From a virus, in IMG/VR virus record IMGVR_UViG_3300032285_003395, positions 33,666-97,665 of that record: DNA of 64,000 nt. One strand, 5' to 3'. Under the pieces are notes generated by a model, which saw only the letters and a program-made list of their open reading frames with translations, was not told the origin of the DNA and did not search any database. Shown here one piece after another: positions 1-10,482 of the stretch. The position numbers and the translations under genes were made by a program. Numbering within the stretch: position 1 is the stretch's first letter; each line of letters starts with the position of its first letter.

Positions 1-3000
1 TTTTATAGTTTAAATTTTGTTGAAGCTAATGATGAAAAAGTATTTAACCAGTCAACTGATAAAATGTTAGATACTATTTTATTAAATCTTAAAAATCAAA
101 GACAAAAATTTATTGAAAATAAACAAACTAATTTAGTTGAAACTATTAATACTTTAATAGATATAATTACAGACCAAGATAGTACAATTAGTAATGAAGA
201 TAGAATTTCTAACTATATAAATATGTCTTTAATTGAAATACAAAAAGTTAATAAAGCTTTTAATGATTTTAAAAACAGCCAAGTTATACAAGACTTAGAA
301 AGTAAAGATTTTAAAAATTTAAGTAGAGCAGAGCAAGAAGCACAAACACAACAAGATAGACAAAATCATTTAAATTATATAGCAGCTGCTATTACTACTG
401 TACAAAACTTAAAATCATTTGTTGATTTAATTGAGTGGAATTTTAAAGGTTTCAATAAATCATTTAGCTCTTTGTCTAAATATAATGAAATTATTAAAAA
501 TTTACCTGATACTTATGAAAATAATGTATTTAAACAACTATTAGAAATAACTAAAGACTCCTCAGAAATAAGTAAAATGAAAGGAGTTTATGTTGAAATT
601 AGTAAAGAATTATTAGATGTTTGTTTTAAAAGTTTAAATACTACCGAACAAAAAAACTTTTTAGAAATAACTCAAACAAATTTAACACCAAATGTTAAAG
701 TTCAAGAAGATATAAATAATGATATTTCTGTGTTATCTACTACAAAAGATATATTAACAGGTAAATTTAGTATAACAAGTGTAGGGTCAACTGTAAAAGA
801 AAATATAATGCCTACTAACTTTCAAAGTGACATTTTTTTAAAAGCAGTTGATAATGCTAATGCAGCTTTAAGACAATATGCTTTAATGGCATCTGCAAAA
901 GAAAGTTTTGAATATTCTTTATTACAAGAAAAATTAAATCAATTAGGAGTTTTTGATGAAACTTGGATTTCTTCTAAAGATGATAAAGGTCAATTAAGTC
1001 ATAAATTATTACAAAAATATAATTTTAAATTATTTAAAAAATCTTTAGTTCAAAAAATTATACAAGAACATTTATCTAAAATTATTGATCTTGATAATGT
1101 ATTAAAAGAAGTAAAAGATAATAACCCTGAAATATTAAAACAAGTAGTTGATAAAACATATAAATCACCTAATGAATTAAAAGATGTAATAAACAAATTA
1201 TTTGATGATGGTGTAATAAGTAAAAAACTATTTTTATTTTTAAATAACTATGTTAATGGTTATGAAACTTTATATACTTTAAAATTAAGTGAAGGTAATA
1301 AAAACTTAACAACTATTAATCAAAATAATTTACAAAAATTTAAAGATAAATATATTACTCAATTAGAGTCTAATTTAAATAATTTAAATTTTAATAAAAA
1401 AGGTTTACCTTACTTTAATCCTAGTTTTAGTTTTAATGATACAACAATTAGTACAGATCAATTATCTGGTATTCTTAGAAATGTTATATATAATAGAAGG
1501 GAGTTTTTAATTAAAAAATATGTTACAGTTCCAAGAATTATTAATGGAGAATTAAATCCTATTTATGATAATCAATTAGCTTATGTAGAAGGATTGTTAA
1601 ATTATTTTAAAAACAATATTTCTTTTTTAGAAGATGAAGAGGGTAATGTTAAATTAAACTATATAAATTATTTGTTATTAGGAGATGACTATATGTTTAA
1701 TTTATCAGATAAATTTTCTGTTCCAAGTATTAATTTTATAGATCAAGATTATGTTAACTTAGAAAAAGATTTACAATCTAGTGATCCTAAGAAAAAACAA
1801 ATTGCTGAATTAAAATTACAAGTAATAGAAAAAATTAGATTAGAAAATATTTCTCACAATGCACCTTCTAATTCATTAGAATATATACCTAAAAATAATA
1901 ACGCAGCTTTTTTAAGCAATTCTAAAGAATATAGACATTTATATAATTTAATATTTAGAGTAGCTTTACCGGGAGTTTTAGCAACTTCAACAACTGTAAA
2001 TCCTTTAGCAGGAGTTATGTTATATTTTCTTTATCAAGGAGGTCTTGATAATTTAATATATAAACCTCTTTATTTTTTTAAACATGATAAAACAGAATCT
2101 AATACTTTTTCTAAAGCATATAAAGCTTTATTAATGAGTTTAAAAGAAGGTTATAATAAAAATCTAAGAGAAAATACTATTATTAAAAATAATGAAAGTT
2201 TACAAAATGAAGTTGTTACAGGTTATAAAAAAATATTTAACAATATTATAGAAAAAATAAAAACTAGTTTAAATAAAGATAGATATAAAAATAATATATT
2301 ATTATTAGGAGAATATAAAATACCTAAATTATTTGGTGCAGATAAAACTAATAAAGTATTTTTATCAACAGATTTTCTTTCTAACCAAAAAACTATTGTA
2401 CAAGCAAGATTTAATTATGAACAAAATATAAGATTTGAATCTTGGATAAGAATGGTTGGTGATTTTAATGAAAGTAGAGAAGGTGTAAATAACTCTAATG
2501 TTATTAATGTAATAAAAGATAGATATTGGTTTAATAAATTTTATAAACCAAGTGCTATGTTAAATGCATATAGATCTTATTTAGGATTTTTATCAGGTAA
2601 ATTATTAAGAGGAAATATTCAAAGTGCTATTAATAACTTAACTGTTGGACAATTTAACGTATTTTTATTTACTAATCCAAAAACTTTACCTAAAACTTTT
2701 ATAGATTTATTAAAACATAATATGAATATGTTAGCTATGGGTACTAACATAGACAATGTAGTAGATAATTTTATTACTACAGTAGGTAATCCTAATAATG
2801 CAGAATCTAGACAAGCATTTTTTGATGCTTTAAAAAATATTTTTTTACTTAGATCTACTAATCAAAATAAATATAATACTAATTTAATAAATCACATTAG
2901 TATGAATTTAAGAAAAAATAGAGGCACTGGTTATATAAATTATGATGAAAGTGAGTCTATTTTAATAAAAGAATTAAATTTAACTAATACTCAAGCATTA

Positions 3001-4776
3001 CAAAATCTTGGTGAAAAACTTATTGAACAAAATATTATATTTCAATTATTAAATAGTAAAATTTTTATTGATGAAGATGGTAAACCTGTTAAAAATTTAA
3101 AAAAATATTTAAAAGTTGAAAATGGTATTATTGTTATTGATAAAACTAAATTACCAAAAAATTTATATTTAAAAACTACAGTTGATTTAGCTTATAAAAA
3201 TTATTATAATATTGATATAAATTCAGGAATAAATATTACTAAAATAACTCCAAAAGAATTAGGGTTATTACCATTAACTAATGTAGAATTACAAAATTAT
3301 TTAAATGTAACAATGTCTAATGACATAAATAATTTAATAGAAAAATCTCAAGGTTCTTATAATATATTTAATAGAAGTTACTGGAGAAATACTTTTGTAG
3401 GATTAACATTTTTACAATTTAAAGACTATGCATTACCTGCATTAACCTCTACTTGGAACTCTAAAAAAATATATAATAATTTTACTAATTATGAATCAGG
3501 AGTTTTAAATTCTATAGGAAAAGCATTTGATAGAGTTGCTGTATCAGGATTAAGAGTAGTAAATAAAAATATTGATTTTAATAAAGATTCAGATCATAAT
3601 TTATTAATTATTAATAATATATCTAAAGCAGAATTTTTAAAAGAATTAGCTGTTATAAAATATTTTTTACCAAAAGCTAATAAAAAAATTAATGAAAATT
3701 TAAAAACTCTTGCTTCTGATAATAAAAAATTTAGAAAAGATACAAAAAGAATAACAAGTATTGATAAATTAGAATCTTTAAGTCTTAGTTGGTATTTAAA
3801 AAATATTAATCTTAAAAGTCAAGATGAAATTAATAAAAAAATAGAATTTGATTTTAATTTAAATAGAAATAATCCAAAATTTAAAGAACAGTTAGATTAT
3901 ATTAAAAATTTAATTAATAAAAAATATAAAAGTAAAAATAATTTAACAAATGCTGATATAGATCAATTAAATAAATATGATGTTGATCAAAATTATTTTG
4001 ATTTAGTCCAAGCTTATTTAAAACTTAAAATAGATTTAAGAGCAGATAAAGATTCTATTAATAAATTAATTAATTTTGTTGGTTTAAGTGTTGGTGTAGT
4101 AGCAATATTAAGTGTATTAAAAGCTTTAGAGTGGCCTAAAAATGAATTAGATGAAGAAGGTAAAAAAATATTAAATTTTAAAGATTGGTTAATAGCTACT
4201 GTAGAATTTAGTACATCTAATTTATTTCTTAGTTATGTTCCTTCAGATGTTAATGATGCTTATGGTATTGATTATAAAAACTTTGCATTACAACTTTATA
4301 AATTAGCACCTGCAATTTCTGAAATAAAAAGAGTTACTGATAAAATAAAAACTAATTATGCAGATGTTAACCCAAATAATATTACTACAGAAAAAGCAAA
4401 AGAATTATTGCGTATTCAACAATTAAATGGGGGTAAACTTCCTTTATTACAACCTAAATTAATTATTAATGAAAAAACAAATAGTTATGAATTAATAAAA
4501 GGGGAAACTTTGGTTGCTAATGCATTAACACAAACTCTTGTTAATAAAGAATTATTAAATAATTTTGAATTTTCAGCACTTGATAAAAATAAATTTAATA
4601 GATTAAAAAATAAAAGTTTTATTTCTTCATTAGCAGAAAAAGCTAATATTAATAGATCTTATAAATTTGGAGATAGACCTACTGATGATACTCAAGAAGA
4701 AAAACAACAAAAAATTGATCTATTTAATGCATATAAAGCAGAACTTGAAAGTGGAAGTAACCCATCAAATAAATAA
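1..4776 (+). CDS. Giant protein, 5'-truncated by the window edge; probable crAss-like virion cargo/ejected protein
   Basis: Frame is open from base 1 into the 1570-aa ORF. It lies at the end of a + strand arm converging on the replication module, like the giant genes of crAss-like phages. No RNAP DxDxD catalytic motif recognised in this part. Confidence 0.5.
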   Translation, partial: FYSLNFVEANDEKVFNQSTDKMLDTILLNLKNQRQKFIENKQTNLVETINTLIDIITDQDSTISNEDRISNYINMSLIEIQKVNKAFNDFKNSQVIQDLESKDFKNLSRAEQEAQTQQDRQNHLNYIAAAITTVQNLKSFVDLIEWNFKGFNKSFSSLSKYNEIIKNLPDTYENNVFKQLLEITKDSSEISKMKGVYVEISKELLDVCFKSLNTTEQKNFLEITQTNLTPNVKVQEDINNDISVLSTTKDILTGKFSITSVGSTVKENIMPTNFQSDIFLKAVDNANAALRQYALMASAKESFEYSLLQEKLNQLGVFDETWISSKDDKGQLSHKLLQKYNFKLFKKSLVQKIIQEHLSKIIDLDNVLKEVKDNNPEILKQVVDKTYKSPNELKDVINKLFDDGVISKKLFLFLNNYVNGYETLYTLKLSEGNKNLTTINQNNLQKFKDKYITQLESNLNNLNFNKKGLPYFNPSFSFNDTTISTDQLSGILRNVIYNRREFLIKKYVTVPRIINGELNPIYDNQLAYVEGLLNYFKNNISFLEDEEGNVKLNYINYLLLGDDYMFNLSDKFSVPSINFIDQDYVNLEKDLQSSDPKKKQIAELKLQVIEKIRLENISHNAPSNSLEYIPKNNNAAFLSNSKEYRHLYNLIFRVALPGVLATSTTVNPLAGVMLYFLYQGGLDNLIYKPLYFFKHDKTESNTFSKAYKALLMSLKEGYNKNLRENTIIKNNESLQNEVVTGYKKIFNNIIEKIKTSLNKDRYKNNILLLGEYKIPKLFGADKTNKVFLSTDFLSNQKTIVQARFNYEQNIRFESWIRMVGDFNESREGVNNSNVINVIKDRYWFNKFYKPSAMLNAYRSYLGFLSGKLLRGNIQSAINNLTVGQFNVFLFTNPKTLPKTFIDLLKHNMNMLAMGTNIDNVVDNFITTVGNPNNAESRQAFFDALKNIFLLRSTNQNKYNTNLINHISMNLRKNRGTGYINYDESESILIKELNLTNTQALQNLGEKLIEQNIIFQLLNSKIFIDEDGKPVKNLKKYLKVENGIIVIDKTKLPKNLYLKTTVDLAYKNYYNIDINSGINITKITPKELGLLPLTNVELQNYLNVTMSNDINNLIEKSQGSYNIFNRSYWRNTFVGLTFLQFKDYALPALTSTWNSKKIYNNFTNYESGVLNSIGKAFDRVAVSGLRVVNKNIDFNKDSDHNLLIINNISKAEFLKELAVIKYFLPKANKKINENLKTLASDNKKFRKDTKRITSIDKLESLSLSWYLKNINLKSQDEINKKIEFDFNLNRNNPKFKEQLDYIKNLINKKYKSKNNLTNADIDQLNKYDVDQNYFDLVQAYLKLKIDLRADKDSINKLINFVGLSVGVVAILSVLKALEWPKNELDEEGKKILNFKDWLIATVEFSTSNLFLSYVPSDVNDAYGIDYKNFALQLYKLAPAISEIKRVTDKIKTNYADVNPNNITTEKAKELLRIQQLNGGKLPLLQPKLIINEKTNSYELIKGETLVANALTQTLVNKELLNNFEFSALDKNKFNRLKNKSFISSLAEKANINRSYKFGDRPTDDTQEEKQQKIDLFNAYKAELESGSNPSNK

Positions 4777-4779
4777 AAT

Positions 4780-4808
4780 AAAAGCCACTCAATTTAGGGT
4801 GGCTTTTT
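4780..4808. terminator. Bidirectional intrinsic terminator between convergent arms
   Basis: AAAAGCCACTC-aattta-GGGTGGCTTTTT between convergent stop codons. Confidence 0.85.
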
Positions 4809-4813
4809 AATTT

Positions 4814-5137
4814 TTATTTATTACTTTCAATTTCACAACAATAAGCTAATTTAAGATAATTTATTGCATCTTCATAGGAATCAAGAAGAGATTCATTCAT
4901 AATGTCTTTTCCTTCTTTTTTGAGATTCCAAATACGCACAAATTTTAATATAACCATTAATGTAGCATAACCTTCTGGTTTAGAAACGTCTACACCTATC
5001 ATTTTTGTTACATTACTTACTATTTTAAAGTTAGAAAGAACATCTTCTGATGCATAATCATTTGTTTTTAATTTAATAATATCTAATGTTTTAGCATCTA
5101 GTCTTTCTAATAATTTTATTTGTTCTTGTGAGGTCAT
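4814..5137 (-). CDS. DUF1599/Nmad1-like (nucleotide modification associated) protein
   Basis: KxxDYA...NF...K..R..NL...NESLLDSYEDAINY pattern. Confidence 0.65.
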   Translation of the reverse strand: MTSQEQIKLLERLDAKTLDIIKLKTNDYASEDVLSNFKIVSNVTKMIGVDVSKPEGYATLMVILKFVRIWNLKKEGKDIMNESLLDSYEDAINYLKLAYCCEIESNK

Positions 5138-5148
5138 ATTTATTTATT

Positions 5149-5364
5149 TTATAATTTTTCTAATTCTTGTCTAACGTTTAAATAATAATCAAAAATTTCA
5201 TTATTTGCATAAAATGCTACTCTTGTAGCCTCAACTACACATATTTTTGCGTGTTTAATGGCAATACTTGTACATAATATTTCATTTCCACAATCAGTAT
5301 CTTCATTCATTAGAATAATTTTAAATTTATCTACTAAATCTTCTGCTTTTTCTTTTGGTGTCAT
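5149..5364 (-). CDS. Small phage protein, MTPKEKA family
   Basis: ORF; resembles 34521-34730. Confidence 0.6.
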   Translation of the reverse strand: MTPKEKAEDLVDKFKIILMNEDTDCGNEILCTSIAIKHAKICVVEATRVAFYANNEIFDYYLNVRQELEKL

Positions 5365-5379
5365 ATTATTTATTTTTTT

Positions 5380-5703
5380 TTATTGATTTTTAATTAATTC
5401 TAATAAAAATACAGATATTTTATAACCTGTAAATGCCCCTAATGCAGAGCTAGTAGGGAATATAACAATTTTTCCTAACTGAGTGACATATTTAGGTCTA
5501 TTAATAATTTTACCTACATACAGATAATAAATTACTTGTGAAAATAAAACAGCAACATCTATCTTTAATGATATTGTAACCATTATCATAGCTCCTAAAA
5601 ACCCATATAAAAAATTATCTGTAATTGCTTGTGCAATTTCTCTAGGAGTAGCAGCTTTCCACTCTTTTACTATTTGTCTATGTTTAACTTGTATTCTTTT
5701 CAT
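5380..5703 (-). CDS. Hypothetical membrane protein
   Basis: Several hydrophobic segments. Confidence 0.6.
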   Translation of the reverse strand: MKRIQVKHRQIVKEWKAATPREIAQAITDNFLYGFLGAMIMVTISLKIDVAVLFSQVIYYLYVGKIINRPKYVTQLGKIVIFPTSSALGAFTGYKISVFLLELIKNQ

Positions 5704-5711
5704 ATTATTTT

Positions 5712-5939
5712 TTAATCTTCTATATCAAAATTTCTTTGTCTATATTCATCTCCTTCAGATAAATCAGCAAATGGACAATTTAAACAATTGTTATAACAGC
5801 ATCTCCCTCTTTTTATATGATATTCTCTAGTAAAAATCATTTTTCCATTTTCCCAATAAAAATCTTCTGGAGATAGTTTTGTTTTTTCTTGAAGCAATCT
5901 TTTAGCTTCTAGTTCTAATATAAAATCTTTTTGTATCAT
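5712..5939 (-). CDS. DUF5522-like Cys-rich small protein
   Basis: FYWENGKMIFTREYHIKRGRCCxxxCxxCP. Confidence 0.7.
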   Translation of the reverse strand: MIQKDFILELEAKRLLQEKTKLSPEDFYWENGKMIFTREYHIKRGRCCYNNCLNCPFADLSEGDEYRQRNFDIED

Positions 5940-5950
5940 AAATTATTTAT

Positions 5951-6568
5951 TTAATAATTAAAAGCTTTTAAAGTGTATTCAAAAGGATTACCTTCAATGT
6001 TTTTTAATAAAATCATCATTTCCTCTGCAATATCAGAAATTTCTTTTTGTGCTTTGTCTGAATGCCTTAATTTATAAAAATTTGCAAAACAACTCATATT
6101 CATTATACAATCTGTAGTAATTACAGAATTATAAGTTTTAAAATACCTAGCACTTTCTTTAGCTCTTTTTCTACCAAGGATAGGTGTTAAATTATCCAAC
6201 CATGTATGATATAAATGATTAGAATGTAAAGTAAAAGCTTCTAATTGTTTTATTGCATCTTGAGGCCAATCTTCAGGTAAATAATACTTATCTTCTTTTA
6301 ATTCTTTGTATCTAGCACTTTCTCCATTTGTTCCCATGTGTCTATGTTTTAACAAATGTATATGACTTGCAATATCAGCTTCTACTAAAAAATGAACTAT
6401 ACCTCTTTCAAAAGGAGTTTTGTGTCCTTCTGAATAAAGAGTTTCAATCATTTTGGGTATTCTTTTAATCTTATCTTCTGTCAATTCTCTAGACGTAGAT
6501 GTCCAAGCTGCTAAAGCTATTTGTTCATCAGAACCATAATAACCTACTAGTTTTACTCTATTATTCAT
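5951..6568 (-). CDS. thyX: FAD-dependent thymidylate synthase
   Basis: GHKTPFE, (R/K)HRx7S-ARY (KHRHMGTNGESARY), KESAR, LRxxxxAQxEI. Confidence 0.9.
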   Translation of the reverse strand: MNNRVKLVGYYGSDEQIALAAWTSTSRELTEDKIKRIPKMIETLYSEGHKTPFERGIVHFLVEADIASHIHLLKHRHMGTNGESARYKELKEDKYYLPEDWPQDAIKQLEAFTLHSNHLYHTWLDNLTPILGRKRAKESARYFKTYNSVITTDCIMNMSCFANFYKLRHSDKAQKEISDIAEEMMILLKNIEGNPFEYTLKAFNY

Positions 6569-6986
6569 AATCTTTAATTTTTAAATTTATTATTGGATGT
6601 ATTTCTGTTATACTATGTGTTTTATCAAAAACATAAGGACCTTGTATTTGAATTATATCATCTTTTTGTGGTATAATAATTTTATTTTTATAAAACCAAC
6701 AAATAGGAAATATAGAAGGTGCTGCACATACAATTTCTCCTACCATACATCCTTCTTCATCTACATAATTATTTTTAACTAATAAAGATGTATCTTTTAT
6801 TTTTAATCTAATATGTACATCTCCATCTAAATCTGATTCTACTTTAATAACTTTACCTGATAAAGTTTTAAAAGAATCTAAAATAACTAATCTACCAGGA
6901 TGGTGTATTCTATTGCAAGGACAATCTTCCGTAGATATAAAACTTAGTAATATAACTATTGTAATTAGTGTTAAAGTTAATTTCAT
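6561..6986 (-). CDS. Secreted or membrane-anchored protein, possible OB fold
   Basis: N-terminal signal-like segment; DGDxH...EI...GPxVxD...EIHP. Confidence 0.5.
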   Translation of the reverse strand: MKLTLTLITIVILLSFISTEDCPCNRIHHPGRLVILDSFKTLSGKVIKVESDLDGDVHIRLKIKDTSLLVKNNYVDEEGCMVGEIVCAAPSIFPICWFYKNKIIIPQKDDIIQIQGPYVFDKTHSITEIHPIINLKIKDYE

Positions 6987-7003
6987 TTTTATTAATTATA
7001 GTG

Positions 7004-7011
7004 CAAAAATA
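7004..7011 (-). promoter_or_regulatory. Bacteroidota sigmaA -7 element (TATTTTTG)
   Basis: TAnnTTTG just upstream of the 6986 start and after a terminator. Confidence 0.55.
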
Positions 7012-7049
7012 GTAAAAAAAATAAATACCCTTAATTTTTTATTAAATAT

Positions 7050-7094
7050 AAAAAAAAATGCCTACATTACTATCTGCGCAAATAATAATGTAGG
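7050..7094 (-). terminator. Intrinsic terminator after the nrdJ operon
   Basis: CCTACATTATTA...TAGTAATGTAGG followed by a T-tract on the minus strand. Confidence 0.75.
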
Positions 7095-7199
7095 ACTTAA
7101 TGCCCAGAGATAAAGCTTACAGTTTATTCGGGGGCTTTAATATTGTAAAAAATTATTTAATAATACTTTTTTATTTTAAATTTATATTATTTAATTTGT

Positions 7200-7433
7200 T
7201 TAACTAATAATTTCTATTTTATTTTGAGTTTCAATCCATACTTTTGCTCCACAAGATAAAGGATTATTAGGACTATATTTTATGGTAGCTACTATATTAC
7301 CTTCTTTATCCAAAATATTTACATTATTAGCATAGTTATTTGACTTATAATTTTTACAAGTTATAACAGGTAAATTAGCACCTTTAGCATTTGCTTTTAT
7401 GTTATGTTGATTAACATGAATAATACTTTTCAT
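7200..7433 (-). CDS. Conserved phage hypothetical protein
   Basis: IHVNQHxI...PLSCGAKVWIET motif. Confidence 0.65.
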   Translation of the reverse strand: MKSIIHVNQHNIKANAKGANLPVITCKNYKSNNYANNVNILDKEGNIVATIKYSPNNPLSCGAKVWIETQNKIEIIS

Positions 7434-7442
7434 TTTTTATAT

Positions 7443-9638
7443 TTAAAAATTAATTTCGCATGATCCTCCTGAACAAGCTATACCACTCAACTCATCAGCA
7501 CTAAGATATTTTTCTGTATAATCTATTTTAGAAAAATCTATAGATTTGTTTTTTAACACTCTATTTATTTTAACCCATTTATGATAAAGATGAATATCTT
7601 TTAAACAATCAGAAGCTTTAAATAAATCTCCTTTAAAGTAGTTTTTAGCAAACTTTTTAATTCTACTAACAATATCTTTTTTAACCATAACAGTTATTCT
7701 ATCTCCTGAAAGTATAAAATTTCTATCTGTTACAGCAGAACATACATCCCAAAGGTCATTATTAAAACAATGTAAGGCATCTACAATAAGTCCTGATGCA
7801 AATAAAGCTGCATCTCCATATTTATCCATTAATTCTTTTTGAGTAAATACTTCTGTAAAAGGTGCTTGCTTGTATATTTTATCCCCTGAATTAGGTAGAA
7901 AAGATAACCCACAAAAGTCTTCTTTATTGTCAAATATATAATCAAAAGCTTTATCCCAATCATTTACACTCACGGTATTAGATACATTATGAGTGATTGT
8001 CTCACTATATCCTAATTCTTTATTAGTACCAGGTAAAACCCAATGCTTATAAACTAATTGAACTGCTTTTAGAAATTCTATTTCATCTACTTGAGATTTT
8101 ACAATAGTTTCAGGTGTTTCTTTCATAGGAATAAAACAAGCATAATCACTATTAGTTGGACTCCATACACCTTCTTCTAGTAATTCAGGATAATTTTCAT
8201 TTAAAAACTTAGCCATTGGCGTGTCTTTATTTAGTTGAATAGTTCTAAAATAATTATGAGCATGAGCAGGATGAATACCACTTGCAGTCATAGCTAACAC
8301 AGAAGCATTTCCAGAAGGTTTGACACAGGTAGTTCTAGCAGCTTGATTAATACCAATTAATTCAGCCACTATTTTATTTGTTTCTTTAACTATTTCTGCA
8401 CCTTTTTCTAACACTTCAGGATTTAATAATACAGATGGATTATTCATAATACCTGTAATAGAAACTCCTAATAATGCTTCCCAATTAATAAGTTCTTCTG
8501 TTTCTTTACCTAAAAAAGGCATATTAGTGTAAGATGCTTGGAATGTTCCTAATATAGCAGCTGCCTTACATGCTTCATAAAACTTTTTAGGAGTGGTACA
8601 CTTAGAACCAATAATTTCATTTAGATTACAAAAAGACCAACAAGATTTTCCTGAAAATGGATTGATTGGTTTAAATCCTATTTCAACACATGGATTTACC
8701 ATCATATCAATATCATCCACTAAAACAACTCCAGGTTCACCAAATTGTTTTATAAATTCTTTATAACCATCTAGCTCTTCTTTTGTAATAGATGATTTTA
8801 ATATTTTAGCAGAATTGTTTGCTCTAGCTCTCCAAGGAGTATCCATCCACCAATTACCTGTTTTACAACTAAGCATATTTTGGTCATCTTTATCAAATAA
8901 AGAAATTAAAGCACTTCTTCTCACTCCTCCAGATAAAACTGCATCTGATAAAATACAAACAATATCATGGCAATCTATAGATGAAAGTTTAAACTCTTCT
9001 TTGCTTAATTTAGTGTCTAAAATCTTCTCTATTAAGTCCAAAGATTTTTTTAATCCATCAGGGCCAGGAGCTATAAATTCTCCTGCTATAAGCTCACCTT
9101 TTGCTCTAATTTTTGAATAATCAAATAACACCTTTTCAGTTCCATTAAAATAAGAACTAATTAATATATCTATTGCATTTGCCCAACCTTCAATAGAATC
9201 TTCAATAACATGAACTGCATGAGAATCTAAAATTCTATTTTTTATAGAAGGCAATTTTTCTATAAATCTTTTTTCTACAGAAAACCCAACTCCAGCTCCA
9301 CATAAAAGTACATACATAATTTCTTTAAATACTTCTACTCTGTCTATAAAAGTAACTGAACAATTGTACAATTTAACATTATGGGAATTAATGTGTTTCT
9401 CTCTAAATTGTAAATTTCTTTGAGAGGCCAAAATTTCCATATTTGTATAAGCTTGTTTAGCTATGTCAAAATAAGGAGCTATTTCATTCCAATTACTTCT
9501 TGTTGAAAATTTATTATAATGCATTTGCATTACATCATCAACAGATTCTTCCCAGGTTTCTAACCTGTTTTTATGCTTTAAAAACTTAGCATAAGATTCA
9601 TTAAATTTTAGCTGTGAAGCTATTTCTTTACCATTCAT
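7443..9638 (-). CDS. nrdJ: Class II (adenosylcobalamin-dependent) ribonucleotide reductase
   Basis: YNCS, GGVRRSA, NPCxEI, CNLNEI, TTCVKPSG, C-terminal CSGGSC; no R2 subunit gene nearby. Confidence 0.9.
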   Translation of the reverse strand: MNGKEIASQLKFNESYAKFLKHKNRLETWEESVDDVMQMHYNKFSTRSNWNEIAPYFDIAKQAYTNMEILASQRNLQFREKHINSHNVKLYNCSVTFIDRVEVFKEIMYVLLCGAGVGFSVEKRFIEKLPSIKNRILDSHAVHVIEDSIEGWANAIDILISSYFNGTEKVLFDYSKIRAKGELIAGEFIAPGPDGLKKSLDLIEKILDTKLSKEEFKLSSIDCHDIVCILSDAVLSGGVRRSALISLFDKDDQNMLSCKTGNWWMDTPWRARANNSAKILKSSITKEELDGYKEFIKQFGEPGVVLVDDIDMMVNPCVEIGFKPINPFSGKSCWSFCNLNEIIGSKCTTPKKFYEACKAAAILGTFQASYTNMPFLGKETEELINWEALLGVSITGIMNNPSVLLNPEVLEKGAEIVKETNKIVAELIGINQAARTTCVKPSGNASVLAMTASGIHPAHAHNYFRTIQLNKDTPMAKFLNENYPELLEEGVWSPTNSDYACFIPMKETPETIVKSQVDEIEFLKAVQLVYKHWVLPGTNKELGYSETITHNVSNTVSVNDWDKAFDYIFDNKEDFCGLSFLPNSGDKIYKQAPFTEVFTQKELMDKYGDAALFASGLIVDALHCFNNDLWDVCSAVTDRNFILSGDRITVMVKKDIVSRIKKFAKNYFKGDLFKASDCLKDIHLYHKWVKINRVLKNKSIDFSKIDYTEKYLSADELSGIACSGGSCEINF

Positions 9639-9671
9639 TTATTATTTTTTTTTTAAAGTGAAAAAGGGTTG

Positions 9672-9679
9672 CAAATATA
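9672..9679 (-). promoter_or_regulatory. Bacteroidota -7 promoter element (TATATTTG)
   Basis: Consensus match upstream of nrdJ. Confidence 0.6.
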
Positions 9680-9689
9680 TGAATAAATT

Positions 9690-10265
9690 TTAATTTTCTT
9701 TATCATTATAATACAATAATATTATACTATTTTTATTAATAATACATTGATAATATTCTTTTTGATTAATCATAAATTGTTTAGTATTAAAAGGTTTAGT
9801 AATTAAATGAATAACATTTAAACCCTCAATATTAGCAACAGTATGATTACCATTAGGATTACAATCATTAATTAATGTTTTTATTCTAAGAAAATTATTA
9901 TGTGAAATATTAGAATTTATTTCTATGTTCCAATATTGTTGTTCTGAAGATAAATTTTTAGTTGATTCTTTTATTAAATCTTTAAATAAATAATTTTTAT
10001 TTTTTAATTTATTTAATATTACTTCAGATATGCTAAACCCTAATTTTTCTAAAGAGTATTGTTGAAGATTAATATAAATTTTAGCATCAAATAAATCAGC
10101 TATTTTTTTCATATCTTCATAAGTATTTAATAACTCTTCTTCATTATGAATTAAATAGTAATTTAAAATATTTAAGGTATCTTGATTTTTAATAATAAAA
10201 ATTTCATATACCCAACCTTGTTTAAATTCTAATAAAGAAGTTATTTTTTGTATATTATCTATCAT
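9690..10265 (-). CDS. Conserved phage hypothetical protein
   Basis: ORF with ...HLITKPFN motif. Confidence 0.55.
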   Translation of the reverse strand: MIDNIQKITSLLEFKQGWVYEIFIIKNQDTLNILNYYLIHNEEELLNTYEDMKKIADLFDAKIYINLQQYSLEKLGFSISEVILNKLKNKNYLFKDLIKESTKNLSSEQQYWNIEINSNISHNNFLRIKTLINDCNPNGNHTVANIEGLNVIHLITKPFNTKQFMINQKEYYQCIINKNSIILLYYNDKEN

Positions 10266-10266
10266 T

Positions 10267-10482
10267 TTAAAAATTATTATGTAAGATATTTTCTAAATCT
10301 TTTTTAATTAAAAATAATTCATCAAAGATAGCTATACTTATAGGATTATTACAAGGTAATAATTTTTTTTCTAAAGATTTGGTATTATTTATATCTATAA
10401 GTGCAGCTTTTATAGCCTGTTCTTTATTTAATCCAATATTAATATATTTATTTATTAATTGTTCTGAATTATATTCTATCAT
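10267..10482 (-). CDS. Hypothetical protein
   Basis: ORF in operon. Confidence 0.5.
   Translation of the reverse strand: MIEYNSEQLINKYINIGLNKEQAIKAALIDINNTKSLEKKLLPCNNPISIAIFDELFLIKKDLENILHNNF

Noticed and set aside
64-4776. Assigning the giant ORF as the virion RNA polymerase catalytic subunit
   Set aside because: No DxDxD catalytic loop recognised in the visible part.
9639-9690. Cobalamin riboswitch upstream of nrdJ
   Set aside because: The spacer is only about 50 nt and lacks a B12 box.
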